A stretch of DNA of 24,597 nt from positions 1 through 24,597 of IMG/VR virus record IMGVR_UViG_3300038674_000137. The stretch is one strand, 5' to 3'. How positions within the stretch are numbered: position 1 is the first letter of the stretch; every line of letters starts with the position of its first letter. A model generated the notes under the pieces. The model saw only the letters and a program-made list of their open reading frames with translations. It did no database searches and was not told the DNA's origin. The DNA comes from a virus. Its lineage: Duplodnaviria > Caudoviricetes. Made by a program: the position numbers and the translations under genes. Below are positions 10,801 through 18,003 of this stretch, piece by piece.

Positions 10801-11293
10801 CTCCGGCTACACTCTTAGCGTAATCGAACAGCCATTCCTGTTCTTCATCATTGAAATCAAAGCTATCTAAGTGGAAGTAACTGGTTAAAGTTTCAGAGTC
10901 AAGAATAGTCTCGCCTATTAAAGCAAGGTTACGTATAGCATCTTGAATAATGGGAAGAATCCGGTTTACTTTTTGTTTACGAACAAGTTCATCGTATTCC
11001 TCGGTAATAACGGTTAACTGCTTCTGTGCTTCTTCTGGGGTAGCACCGTAGTCAAAACCTGCGGTAGATGGAAGTACTGAAGCTACCTTACCTAATATAC
11101 TGGAATTATTAATAAAGGTACGTGCAACTTTCTCAAAGGGACTGGTTTCTTCCCATACCTCACTCTTAAATTGGAGACTGTAAGCTTTCTCCATTGCAGC
11201 TTTCTGCGCAGATACTTCTTCAAATCTTTTTGCATCCTCTTCCGTGTATAGAGATGGAAAAGCAGGAAAGGCAGTACTTGTAGTATTATCCAT
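4844..11293 (-). CDS. Giant (2149 aa) putative internal virion/ejection protein with a zincin-like HExxH metallopeptidase motif
   Basis: Uninterrupted ORF with SD GGAGG. Acidic N-terminus, Gly/Ala hydrophobic helices at ~aa 480-660, then a coiled coil, then G.Y......I.I.......TLFHELIH (HELIH at 8216-8230), then a long helical C-terminal half. Confidence 0.65.
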   Translation of the reverse strand: MDNTTSTAFPAFPSLYTEEDAKRFEEVSAQKAAMEKAYSLQFKSEVWEETSPFEKVARTFINNSSILGKVASVLPSTAGFDYGATPEEAQKQLTVITEEYDELVRKQKVNRILPIIQDAIRNLALIGETILDSETLTSYFHLDSFDFNDEEQEWLFDYAKSVAGASQEELLSGNKWNIGEITTEEADKLARQSASENAPELTPAQILSSVAFSREVTDITSALQDAFPSTVLVSNETAVKSSLEAFLTGIRNLGIEVDENSPLKDQIADIYEQILQIEGDIIFLTDDESGNTVAGHLRTDGSVWVDNEQVGFYDAENERVTLGKASSKLEIAGTYKGKTYSEWGAILESPESTTNEKLSAAEAIAFLNTQHNESLALEYERDEGDYEDIWHTIVFRWDRLVFDSKTAFLELIRTVAGEGREDAYGEVVGSSAGLWADRQMERNRQIYSEWIKENPEYTVSNYEYTFSGLTHNAGKVQWYLGFLAANLPSVIGAALAIGTTILTANPIAGTAVGGFFFTPQNIGDVYNDAIASGATDGEARLISNTAGSVISILDFAGEFVHLKTIFPGLAAAFKKNVVKELSKELISELTTKKIIGGAAKTLTTAMLSEMVTESLQTIIQNAAISTVDESRGIWEGVTDSLFTSALLTLPTGGFGAMSQARAQYNQMEAYLDAEVIAKMAAIELEAAKAGFKEAEAKAIASAEVQQEPVSRAKVEIAVEKTKRVVPVNISGVEKAIKAKREDNKGIASDLKLLNDELTACKSSLATQKERLAKNPRDENAREAVTNLEELIKAKEGATANLIEARKKNNETIKKLKAKIELETRKDDVNAKVEGTTANKKRKKAKDVTAATEAPSEGISPEATISQSTDGQPILLTEKEARKLWRSFSIQTKTNFCEEYGLDKNYALSSFSALSNNTRSKKELMEALSAYASRVRESHVDFLANKEHRIDFANIKLDKKLKPKERERLLRILATFPYRTDIFVSEVVIDENIREGATGDYEFTTGVLRIKSAKYINRITLFHELIHSYVYVKAAKGDFSLLNDYAAYLGIDIRLDEVLQTAKEMKGFSATTKAFLKEQGFTDEEIQNASVVSIIAKIEYTVENKKYSGREIIERLVHRFSEYLNGDTLENPVDFAFFSMNYPLSVNKAGVYNVLRSPSERIHKKPSTEEILSSREEAEKQFAFENAGSLSPVHASGMTRLPDIELAMEREQMAIDENPDIEKYIYENPALEKGSKSVQELILFHQLVFNDTSIVPEQKAIALEGLQKIAEAAGLPKNTLLVKSWYELSRLEQQFIVLSRLPNDSIHFKSTWQVMDTRYVFDDLEKATGLPFSMLHDRQITGYQYAKRLQDAYLRRLKKVKGFNIIVKDKEAQQRVAALVNGIETEASIEEKLLADEITLIYKEWQPVVRALRFLRYYRQSPTVNHIADKLHVREEDTVVRGEIQQAIDTLESEGEDALWRYLSTVEWGVIQSFYDPHVVSNKSLESVEEDWNVTRGTRHTESREDYMIPFGQLDGVIKRLDTYNLSMGLNLFLSEEIDTLNQFYSVMHDKIADKEKFNEYLKDYKRVLLGKPESSNIFVNAIRAVLRRANPVVFMHPFKGVRNVLQPFATYPHKGYLFKALNRSMWNKKLSPAFRSKAAVFFDTRVDQSGSEMRDFLFLDGDVTGVSNNLPAWLKAVLYPVKLADSPSRLLSRVCAKIPTMAVSDKYSRLITFRAALLKAMEASEQYHDVNSKHYKDIDWWYKKSGIADLASGKRKTILALLETKGRVDWGVPGNQTLTGTEAACLKIASEAVNDALYMYSMASSARMYWSSAGRILGSLSIFPKSYIQQIAIQVGKIFSSQSKPLDRATGIKNVAFMALWGDLLSSLLMTLSGGDNKEYTVTSILNWEMGGLAMSSVSTINEIIGNALIALTSDDEEDKKQALSDLSYGMSQYGNTFVGFYRIFIDVLEATTDTPDGMDRRFFQKLIHLLDDEYEPAEVEKAERDILERLQKVFTGTEEAPDTEYEEALRETQDAVLLLGTEIAKGKYYTMSNLGSDYASALKGIPDFLITEDNGFDELVSFYRQCEDYWGVYYQLPSKENLREEERKKDIQLEAMLLFWGKMNESVFSLDSKEWKEVRELIVTWWSYFDIKPTMIQTADWTYYMNLD

Positions 11294-11301
11294 TGTTCCT
11301 C

Positions 11302-13098
11302 CTATGACTGTCGATTAACGACTCTTTCTTCACCGGCTCTACTCTTTCGACTTCTTGCTTTCATTGTACCCTTACCAATACTGTACCGCAACTGCTGTGG
11401 TGTAAATCCCTGTGTAGCTTCAGGAGCTGCTATTTGGGGTAGTATACCCTTAGAACCTTTCGCAGTACCAGCTTCACGCTGTGCAGCTACTTCGGATGCT
11501 TCTTGTGGAGCACCTTCTCCTTCATCGAATGTACTTCCCATCTGACGTTCTAAAGAAGCTGCAGCAAGGCTAAATGTTTCAGCTTGTGCAGAATCACCCA
11601 CAGACCGCAAGTACTCGGCATGCTTCTTGTAAGCAGCAATCATTTCAATTTGCTGAGTCATAGGATGCTCCATTATTCGCTGTAATGAACGTCTCTTCTT
11701 TACACTCTGTGTGTCTGTAATGTGAAGTATCTCTGTAAAGATAGTTTCCTCGTCAAGTATATCTTTAAGCTGCTGATAACATTGACCTCGTTCAAGCCAA
11801 TCTTTCGGGGTAGCTACACTGCTATTCACGACTACTTCAACATCTTCCGGTATATCCTCGGTTTTAAGCTCTTCATCGAAGTACCCTTTGACAATAAAAC
11901 TTTTCTTTGAGGTTTTCAGCTTCTTTAACCAGAACTTATCTCCCTCTGAAATAACGAAGTGCTTTCCATCCATGTATGGGTACAGTATCTGATTGGCACT
12001 GGAAGAAGCGAGCAGAGACAAGGCATATCCGCTTTGTCCCTCTACCATGCCATATACGGCATCGTTGAATGAACCTTTCTGCATTTCACGCCGTAGCTCT
12101 AGCATGTTTGACTGAAGCTCTACTGGTAAAGAGGGAGCTGGTAAGCGTACCAAACCCTGTTCGCCTGGGGAGTAATGAAAGAAAGCACCTCTTTCTCGTA
12201 TCTGTTCAGGAGTAGCAGTGGCTACACTACTGAACTCTTCAGTAACAGGCTGTGCTGTGTCTCGGAGTATCTGGTTAATCATTGTTTTCCATTTATTGAA
12301 TGATGAAATAACACCAGCATTAACCTCAAAGATAGAACGACCTACAAGCTTTTTCCAGCTGGTACTGACACCACGAGTAAGACTGCCTTTATCAGGGAAG
12401 CCACCAACAGGAGCTACAAGTATCTTCATCTCGTCACGGGGAATCATGTCGGTAACGGCTTTACCATCCACGAATATCTGATTGTGGAGCACACCATCTA
12501 TCTCGGTAAAGTAATCGTCTAGTACGGATTCACCGACACATACTCCATGAGGGGCAGTATAAGACCATCCATTCGTTTCAGCTTTGGCAATTACCTCTTC
12601 TATGGATAACTTATAAGAATGAACACAGCTTGCCAATCGACCATTAGCGAATCTCGGGTATACTTCACTGGGATTCCATACTTGAGCACGTAATCTGCCT
12701 ATCTCCTCATCATAGAGATATGCTACACTAAACCAACCGGTAACAAGCATGAAAAAGCCTAAGTCATCGATAAAGTAATTATCTCCACCATACTTACGCT
12801 CAATATCAATAAGACTCCAGTTGTAGGCACAGGCACGGTCAATCTTAGCTCGTTTGTCTAAAGAGACACTGGAATCCGAATATACGGGAATAAGGTGGCT
12901 AAGATTACCTTTTGTGAGTAAATAATGCGCCATGTTGTAGAAAGTCTGGGGTTCATTACTTGCGTAAGACTCCAATCCTCTGGCTGCTAACTGGTCAACG
13001 AGTGTAAGAATTGAAAACCAATCCTCCATTTTCTTATTACGAACATACCAGTAATTCTTAAGTAAACTAATATCTGTTTTTATCTGCGGTTCTAACAT
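11302..13098 (-). CDS. Portal protein
   Basis: 598 aa, immediately downstream of the large terminase, with a helical/beta layout compatible with a portal (WNPSEVYP; G...GQSGYALS.L). Assigned mainly by synteny and size. Confidence 0.75.
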   Translation of the reverse strand: MLEPQIKTDISLLKNYWYVRNKKMEDWFSILTLVDQLAARGLESYASNEPQTFYNMAHYLLTKGNLSHLIPVYSDSSVSLDKRAKIDRACAYNWSLIDIERKYGGDNYFIDDLGFFMLVTGWFSVAYLYDEEIGRLRAQVWNPSEVYPRFANGRLASCVHSYKLSIEEVIAKAETNGWSYTAPHGVCVGESVLDDYFTEIDGVLHNQIFVDGKAVTDMIPRDEMKILVAPVGGFPDKGSLTRGVSTSWKKLVGRSIFEVNAGVISSFNKWKTMINQILRDTAQPVTEEFSSVATATPEQIRERGAFFHYSPGEQGLVRLPAPSLPVELQSNMLELRREMQKGSFNDAVYGMVEGQSGYALSLLASSSANQILYPYMDGKHFVISEGDKFWLKKLKTSKKSFIVKGYFDEELKTEDIPEDVEVVVNSSVATPKDWLERGQCYQQLKDILDEETIFTEILHITDTQSVKKRRSLQRIMEHPMTQQIEMIAAYKKHAEYLRSVGDSAQAETFSLAAASLERQMGSTFDEGEGAPQEASEVAAQREAGTAKGSKGILPQIAAPEATQGFTPQQLRYSIGKGTMKARSRKSRAGEERVVNRQS

Positions 13099-13110
13099 GT
13101 TACCTCCTTA

Positions 13111-14565
13111 TTACCATCCCCAATTATTCGTAGTACCCATATAGCCACACGATACAGCTGCAGTATTGTTGACGGATAAAGCTATCATAAGAGCTATAGC
13201 TAAGTCATCATGTATTGTGGCAGTTGGCTGCATCCGTATGTACTTGTAACTCTTAATCTGCCGTATCAAATTCGCATCCCAGACTCGAAGATTTGGTAAC
13301 TTATCTTTCAAAGTTGTAAGCATGTATCTCTTTGTATTATCTGCAGTCCACCAACCTACTTGACTTGATACCTTATTCGTTATCAGATTTCTTTGATAGT
13401 ACAGATTCGAGTAGTCTTGCATGTGGCTAAGAACGGTATAGCCTGTAAAGTTACGTTCAACTGCAATTTCAGCTTGATTATACCATGCACCTAGTTTTTT
13501 TAACAGAGCAGCAAAAGCTACCGGTTCTATCCGGTCATTGAATGTAGCTACTACTTCAAGTTCTCTGGAAAGAACTACTGCGCCACTTAAAGAGCCTGTG
13601 GCAGTTCCTGCACTGGTATCTGCAGCTATAATATACCTATGCCCCTTAATGGGGGGTATCCAGAATGTCCAGCCGTCTTCATGCTTATTACCCTCATAGC
13701 AGTTATTGGCTAGATTTGAAAGAATATTAAGGTCATATACCGGATTCCCGTTAGCTAAGAAACAGTCTATCTCGTTCTCCGGATACTCGATGAAGAATAG
13801 ACCATGCTTCTCAGCCATCTTCCAGCGTCTCCAACGAATTTGCCCCTCGCATAGTCCGTGAAGAGTTACAAGTTCTTGCTCTTCTTCAGTATAGATAAGC
13901 TCTCCTCTATCATCTGGAAGTGCTAAATCACTGCCCCTTTCAATATAGTAGCCAATATCCCACCACCAAGGATAGAAGAAAGGTTTATACGGAGATTGAC
14001 CGTTACGAGCTTCTACCCACTTCTCATAGAATACATTGTCCTCTCCATTGGCAGTACTCTCGATTGTTAGCTCACCTTTCATTGGAACAGCATCTTCGAT
14101 TCCACTGAGTACTTTTCTGGCATCGTCATAGAAAGCGAGTTCGGAAAGGTGTGCTTTACGTATCATGTCACCACGACCAAAAGCACGACTACCGGCACTG
14201 CCTATGAAAATACTGCTGTGCATATCGGGGAAGCTAAGTTCAGTACGGCAATCTGCACCTAATCTTGGCTTAGGTTCTTCCATCGTATCGTAGTAGAAGT
14301 GTACTTTGTCTAACAGTCTTTGCGTGGCTCTTGTCTCATGGCTGACAACAACGCAGTTTAAATGTTTCTGTGTAACGTCATCGATGAACATATCTGCAAG
14401 TATAGAGCTGGTTACCCCCATCTGTCTTGCTTTCAGTATGATATTACGGAAGCTTTTATTACGATGAAAGTGACTCTGAACTCGATTGAACTTGAAAGGA
14501 ACTACATTACCCTCTTTATTATCGATATGCAGTAACTCACCAATAAGATACTCGTTGTTTCTCAT
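13111..14565 (-). CDS. terL: Terminase large subunit
   Basis: Walker A ILKARQMGVTS, Walker B HLSELAF, coupling motif ESTANG, and nuclease acidic motifs AADTSAG, VERN and HDDLAIA. Confidence 0.95.
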   Translation of the reverse strand: MRNNEYLIGELLHIDNKEGNVVPFKFNRVQSHFHRNKSFRNIILKARQMGVTSSILADMFIDDVTQKHLNCVVVSHETRATQRLLDKVHFYYDTMEEPKPRLGADCRTELSFPDMHSSIFIGSAGSRAFGRGDMIRKAHLSELAFYDDARKVLSGIEDAVPMKGELTIESTANGEDNVFYEKWVEARNGQSPYKPFFYPWWWDIGYYIERGSDLALPDDRGELIYTEEEQELVTLHGLCEGQIRWRRWKMAEKHGLFFIEYPENEIDCFLANGNPVYDLNILSNLANNCYEGNKHEDGWTFWIPPIKGHRYIIAADTSAGTATGSLSGAVVLSRELEVVATFNDRIEPVAFAALLKKLGAWYNQAEIAVERNFTGYTVLSHMQDYSNLYYQRNLITNKVSSQVGWWTADNTKRYMLTTLKDKLPNLRVWDANLIRQIKSYKYIRMQPTATIHDDLAIALMIALSVNNTAAVSCGYMGTTNNWGW

Positions 14566-14583
14566 AGCTTTCCTTTCTGAGCT

Positions 14584-15138
14584 TTACGCATCAACCGTTT
14601 CACCGGTGAACTGACCGTCTTGAATATCCGTGCTTTCTGTATCTTCCGTTGATTCTGTTGCTTCCGTGATAATGGCATTTCTACCTCCTTCAAGCCTCGA
14701 CTGTTCTGTACCCTCTACGAGCATGTCAATACGCTGAAACCAGTTCAGGGTCTCAGGAGCTTTGGGAGCTATGTCCATCTCGTTAAGTAAACGGGTGTAT
14801 ACTTCTTTGGCTAATGGGGTACGGGATAAAACGTACTCCCCTGTCTCTATCTCCTGTTCGATAGTAGCAAGCATCTTACTTTCGAGTATTACAGCACGTA
14901 GCTGATTAGCTCTGCGGAGTAAAGTTACTGCTTCTTTCTGAAATTCTGTGAACAGGTCATCTACTTGGCGGTTAAAGGCTGCAAAATCTTCTTCGTGCAT
15001 AAAGTTGTTGTAGTTATTTTCGGTTAGTCCGGTAGCAGCTAAGGCTTGACGCTTATCCATACCGGCTACACGCATGAGAAGATACTGTCGTCTTTCTCCT
15101 CTGAACTTCTTTATTCCATCTTCAAGGGTATTACTCAT
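14584..15138 (-). CDS. Putative terminase small subunit
   Basis: Directly upstream of terL, with an N-terminal HTH-like segment (G.DKRQALAATGLT). Start re-called at ATG 15138 behind AAGGAGG. Confidence 0.6.
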   Translation of the reverse strand: MSNTLEDGIKKFRGERRQYLLMRVAGMDKRQALAATGLTENNYNNFMHEEDFAAFNRQVDDLFTEFQKEAVTLLRRANQLRAVILESKMLATIEQEIETGEYVLSRTPLAKEVYTRLLNEMDIAPKAPETLNWFQRIDMLVEGTEQSRLEGGRNAIITEATESTEDTESTDIQDGQFTGETVDA

Positions 15139-15166
15139 TCTTACCTCCTTGCTTATCTTACTCTGT

Positions 15167-15195
15167 AAATTAGCACACTGGGATTTAAGAGTCAA
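15167..15195 (-). promoter_or_regulatory. Sigma70-type promoter for the morphogenesis operon
   Basis: Minus strand reads TTGACT-N17-TAATTT with an extended -10 TG. Confidence 0.55.
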
Positions 15196-15248
15196 TGCAA
15201 TGACTTGCAATAAATAACGGTTTAGTGTATTCTACCACAAAATACCCC

Positions 15249-15277
15249 TTGACTTGAATCGGATTAAATGCTATAAT
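15249..15277 (+). promoter_or_regulatory. Strong sigma70-type promoter, divergent from the structural operon
   Basis: TTGACT (15249-15254)-N17-TATAAT (15272-15277) with TG at 15269-15270. Confidence 0.8.
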
Positions 15278-15333
15278 AGGATATAAATTGAATGGACTTA
15301 CGTTTAAGTATTTATGATAAAACACCCTATTGT

Positions 15334-15357
15334 ATATATAATATATATATTATATAT
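15334..15357. repeat. Perfect 24-bp pure A/T palindrome
   Basis: ATATATAATATATATATTATATAT is its own reverse complement. Confidence 0.9.
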
Positions 15358-15413
15358 TAGTATAAGAAAATAACCGGTAGAATAAAATTCATGTGTATAA
15401 GTAAGGAGGATAG

Positions 15414-15785
15414 GTGATGAAAGCTTGTAGAATAAAAAATGCGGGGTTAATATGTGCTAAATGCAAGGAAGATATGGATATTGGGTCAATTTCGATTAAG
15501 ACGCTTTACAAGGATGATAAGGGTAAATGGTATTCACACTATTATCATGAAAGTTGCTATGTGTGGAAAGTCGAAAAGGATGTAAAAAGTGCCATATCTG
15601 TCTTGGTAAAGAAAGAGGAGGAGGAGAAAGCGAGTAAAAAACCAGTTGGTAGAGCACGGAAGTACTCGGATACACTGGAAAGTCTGAGAATCAAGTCGAA
15701 GATAAGCTATTATACGAAAAGAGGAAATGTAGAAAAGGTGAAATATCTGAAAAATCAGTTACAGGAGCTTGTTGTGCATGAATAA
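15414..15785 (+). CDS. Putative zinc-binding, basic DNA-binding protein
   Basis: CAKC...HESC ligand set and a basic KKPVGRARK segment. SD AGGAGG. Confidence 0.6.
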   Translation: MMKACRIKNAGLICAKCKEDMDIGSISIKTLYKDDKGKWYSHYYHESCYVWKVEKDVKSAISVLVKKEEEEKASKKPVGRARKYSDTLESLRIKSKISYYTKRGNVEKVKYLKNQLQELVVHE

Positions 15786-16041
15786 GAAGGAATTACACTG
15801 GTGTATCGGGTGGCTTGGAGTCGCTTTCGGGCTTCTAGTAGCACCAATGCAGTTAATCAAGATAGTACAGACCGGAGAAGTCGGGGATATTTCCCTGTTT
15901 ACGTACCTGTTTCTGTGCTTGGCGATGGTCTGTTATCTCGTTGAAGCAATCAGAATCAAAAGTCCAGTGTTTATCACGGCACAAGCCGTAAATCTTGTGG
16001 TAAATAGTGCTGTGCTCGTATTATTAGTAATACTCAGTTAG
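15778..16041 (+). CDS. SemiSWEET / PQ-loop family 3-TM membrane protein (divergent)
   Basis: 87 aa with three hydrophobic helices and the pattern IG.LG........QLIK...T....DIS...............P.FI. Start at ATG 15778 behind AGGAG. Confidence 0.75.
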   Translation: MNKKELHWCIGWLGVAFGLLVAPMQLIKIVQTGEVGDISLFTYLFLCLAMVCYLVEAIRIKSPVFITAQAVNLVVNSAVLVLLVILS

Positions 16042-16213
16042 CATTACAGTACTGCAACTTGAGGAAATTGGCATGTTTTAGCTTTGCGGCGGTACTCTGG
16101 GGCATAACATTATGTCAACCTGTATTTTTACAGGGCAATTTTTCTACGAGGTTACAGTCCTGATTAGTAGGTGGGTTGTGCGCCCAGGTATGGCATACCA
16201 CCCCCCCTCGACA

Positions 16214-16222
16214 TGGTATAAT
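16214..16222 (+). promoter_or_regulatory. Extended -10 promoter
   Basis: TGGTATAAT ~80 nt upstream of ORF 16301. No clear -35. Confidence 0.5.
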
Positions 16223-16300
16223 ATATATGTGGGTAGTGATTCACACCCGCACGTAAGGGTTGCTAGTACCTTAATAACTGAATATTAAAGGAGTACGAAA

Positions 16301-16948
16301 ATGGAAAACACATTATTCGAGTCATTAAGCATTAGTGATTTAGAGGCATTGAAAGGGTTACATCCTGATAACATAGACTTCTGCAAGGCTATTGACGCAC
16401 ACATCCAAGTTAAAAGAAGTTTAGAAGAAAAGCGATTGCTAAAAGAGGCTTTTGAGAATACCTTGTCAAGCATTGTACTGCCAACACCCCCAGAGGGCGT
16501 ATATAACGTCCTGTTCCGATTTGCTGAAGTCACCGAAGAGGACAGAACAAATCCGCCTGAAGAAGTTAAGATTATCGACAGCCCTGCTGTTCGTAATGAG
16601 AATGGTAAAGTTACCACTAAAGAAGTCTCACACATTGAACAGCGGTATCCCTCGATAGTGGTTAAAAAGTGGGTTGTTAAGGTTAACGCCTCTCAAGATG
16701 TAGCAAAGGGCAAAACTACTTCAGCCACGAACACCACCTCAAAGCGAGCTGTTGCGGTTTATAAGCGGAATGCCGATAAAGCAGACGAGTTCATAGGCAA
16801 TTACAAGAACTGCAAGGAATTCACAGAGCAGATGAAAGCGCAGAGCAATAGCCCTGATAACATTAAAAAGTGGGACAGCACGGGTGACTCAGCCACAAGG
16901 GTTGCCGAACGCAACGGCTATTATACCAAGCCTATAGAATCAGTCTAA
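16301..16948 (+). CDS. Hypothetical protein, monocistronic
   Basis: SD AAGGAG, 215 aa, flanked by its own promoter and terminator. The C-terminal segment loosely resembles NUMOD1-type DNA-binding motifs. Confidence 0.75.
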   Translation: MENTLFESLSISDLEALKGLHPDNIDFCKAIDAHIQVKRSLEEKRLLKEAFENTLSSIVLPTPPEGVYNVLFRFAEVTEEDRTNPPEEVKIIDSPAVRNENGKVTTKEVSHIEQRYPSIVVKKWVVKVNASQDVAKGKTTSATNTTSKRAVAVYKRNADKADEFIGNYKNCKEFTEQMKAQSNSPDNIKKWDSTGDSATRVAERNGYYTKPIESV

Positions 16949-16994
16949 CACCAAACACAGGCACAGCCTGAAGTGAATAATCCATCCCAAACAC

Positions 16995-17033
16995 AAACCC
17001 CTCCGTGATACTAGCTAAGCGGAGGGGTTTTTT
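16995..17033 (+). terminator. Rho-independent terminator
   Basis: 11-bp inverted repeat AAACCCCTCCG / CGGAGGGGTTT ending in a T6 run, downstream of ORF 16301-16948. Confidence 0.85.
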
Positions 17034-17226
17034 ATGCCCAGATACCGGTATCTGCGACCATACCGAATCCCGCTTAGTCTGTATTGCTGAGATAAGCAAA
17101 GCAGGAAGATTGAGATTAAGTTGAGAAGCAGTGGAATTAGCTTTGAATCAGATATGAATCCTGTCTGCCGGAAGAGTACCATATCTGCAGTGCGTAATGC
17201 AAAGCTAATGCTGCTTAAAAAAGATA

Positions 17227-17255
17227 TTGACATATCCCACGAGCTAGCTTAGGAT
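17227..17255 (+). promoter_or_regulatory. Sigma70-type promoter for the small-ORF cluster
   Basis: TTGACA (17227-17232)-N17-TAGGAT (17250-17255). Confidence 0.65.
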
Positions 17256-17347
17256 GGAATTAGGATTGAATAAGGGAGGGAGTATGTAACAAGAGTATAT
17301 CAATAGCTGGCAATTTAAACTGGTAATTTAAAAAGGAGAAGTGGATT

Positions 17348-17518
17348 ATGAAATTATACTACCACAAGACAAGCGGCGGAGCTGAATATCTAACGGATAC
17401 TTATACTGTATGTCTCAACGGCGATAAAGAGGGTACATTCACAAACAAAACAAAGTATATTATCAGGATTGACGGCGATATTCGTAAGAATGCTGAATTA
17501 ATAATAAAGGAGAAGTAA
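17348..17518 (+). CDS. Hypothetical 56-aa protein (not in ORF track)
   Basis: SD AAGGAG. MKLYYHKTSGGAEYLTDTY...IIKEK; its stop abuts the next ATG. Confidence 0.7.
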   Translation: MKLYYHKTSGGAEYLTDTYTVCLNGDKEGTFTNKTKYIIRIDGDIRKNAELIIKEK

Positions 17519-17638
17519 ATGGATAATAAGGAATTTAATAAGCAAGGCAATATTTATACACTTAACCGACTCTTAAGGGAAGGTAAAATCACACAGGAGC
17601 AATATGACAAACGAATGGATATTATAGAGCAATCATAA
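17519..17638 (+). CDS. 39-aa SHOCT-like peptide (not in ORF track)
   Basis: SD AAGGAG. MDNKEFNKQGNIYTLNRLLREGKITQEQYDKRMDIIEQS matches the L..L...G.IT.E.Y pattern. Confidence 0.65.
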   Translation: MDNKEFNKQGNIYTLNRLLREGKITQEQYDKRMDIIEQS

Positions 17639-17709
17639 TAGGCTATAAATGAGCTAGTAATTAGCTCAGTTGTGAGCCGGAGATACCGGACACACAGGAG
17701 GAGAAGAAA

Positions 17710-18003
17710 ATGGATAATACCTCGAATGATTTAAGCTATGACGCTGCTACGATAGACCTCGAATCTGTTCGTATCGTGTCAGGTTATACAACTCAAATGC
17801 TTGCAGCTAGTATCGGAAAGACTGCAAGAAAGATAATGGATTTAAATGTGTCTGACAATATGATTTGTATTCTGGTTAGGGATATAGGAAGAGAACAGAA
17901 GATAATGAGCATTGCCGCTGAATTAGCTTTAACCTCTTCCAAAGCTTTTGACAGAAGTAATATAACAGTAACTAAGGAAAGTAAATTGAAGGAGAATAAG
18001 TAA
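17710..18003 (+). CDS. Hypothetical protein
   Basis: SD AGGAGG; TAATG coupling to the next ORF. Confidence 0.7.
   Translation: MDNTSNDLSYDAATIDLESVRIVSGYTTQMLAASIGKTARKIMDLNVSDNMICILVRDIGREQKIMSIAAELALTSSKAFDRSNITVTKESKLKENK

Noticed and set aside
4844-11293. Tape measure protein or virion RNA polymerase
   Set aside because: Its position in the head module, the lack of adjacent tail tube/chaperone genes, and the absence of a recognisable DxDGD polymerase motif argue against both.
1303-14108. Plus-strand ORFs antisense to the structural genes (e.g. 1862-2521, 4335-4700, 8703-9287)
   Set aside because: They are shadow frames of real minus-strand genes, with no convincing SD sites and mirror-image composition.
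16042-17347. CRISPR array or tRNA cluster in the non-coding stretches
   Set aside because: No regularly spaced direct repeats or cloverleaf/T-loop consensus were found.
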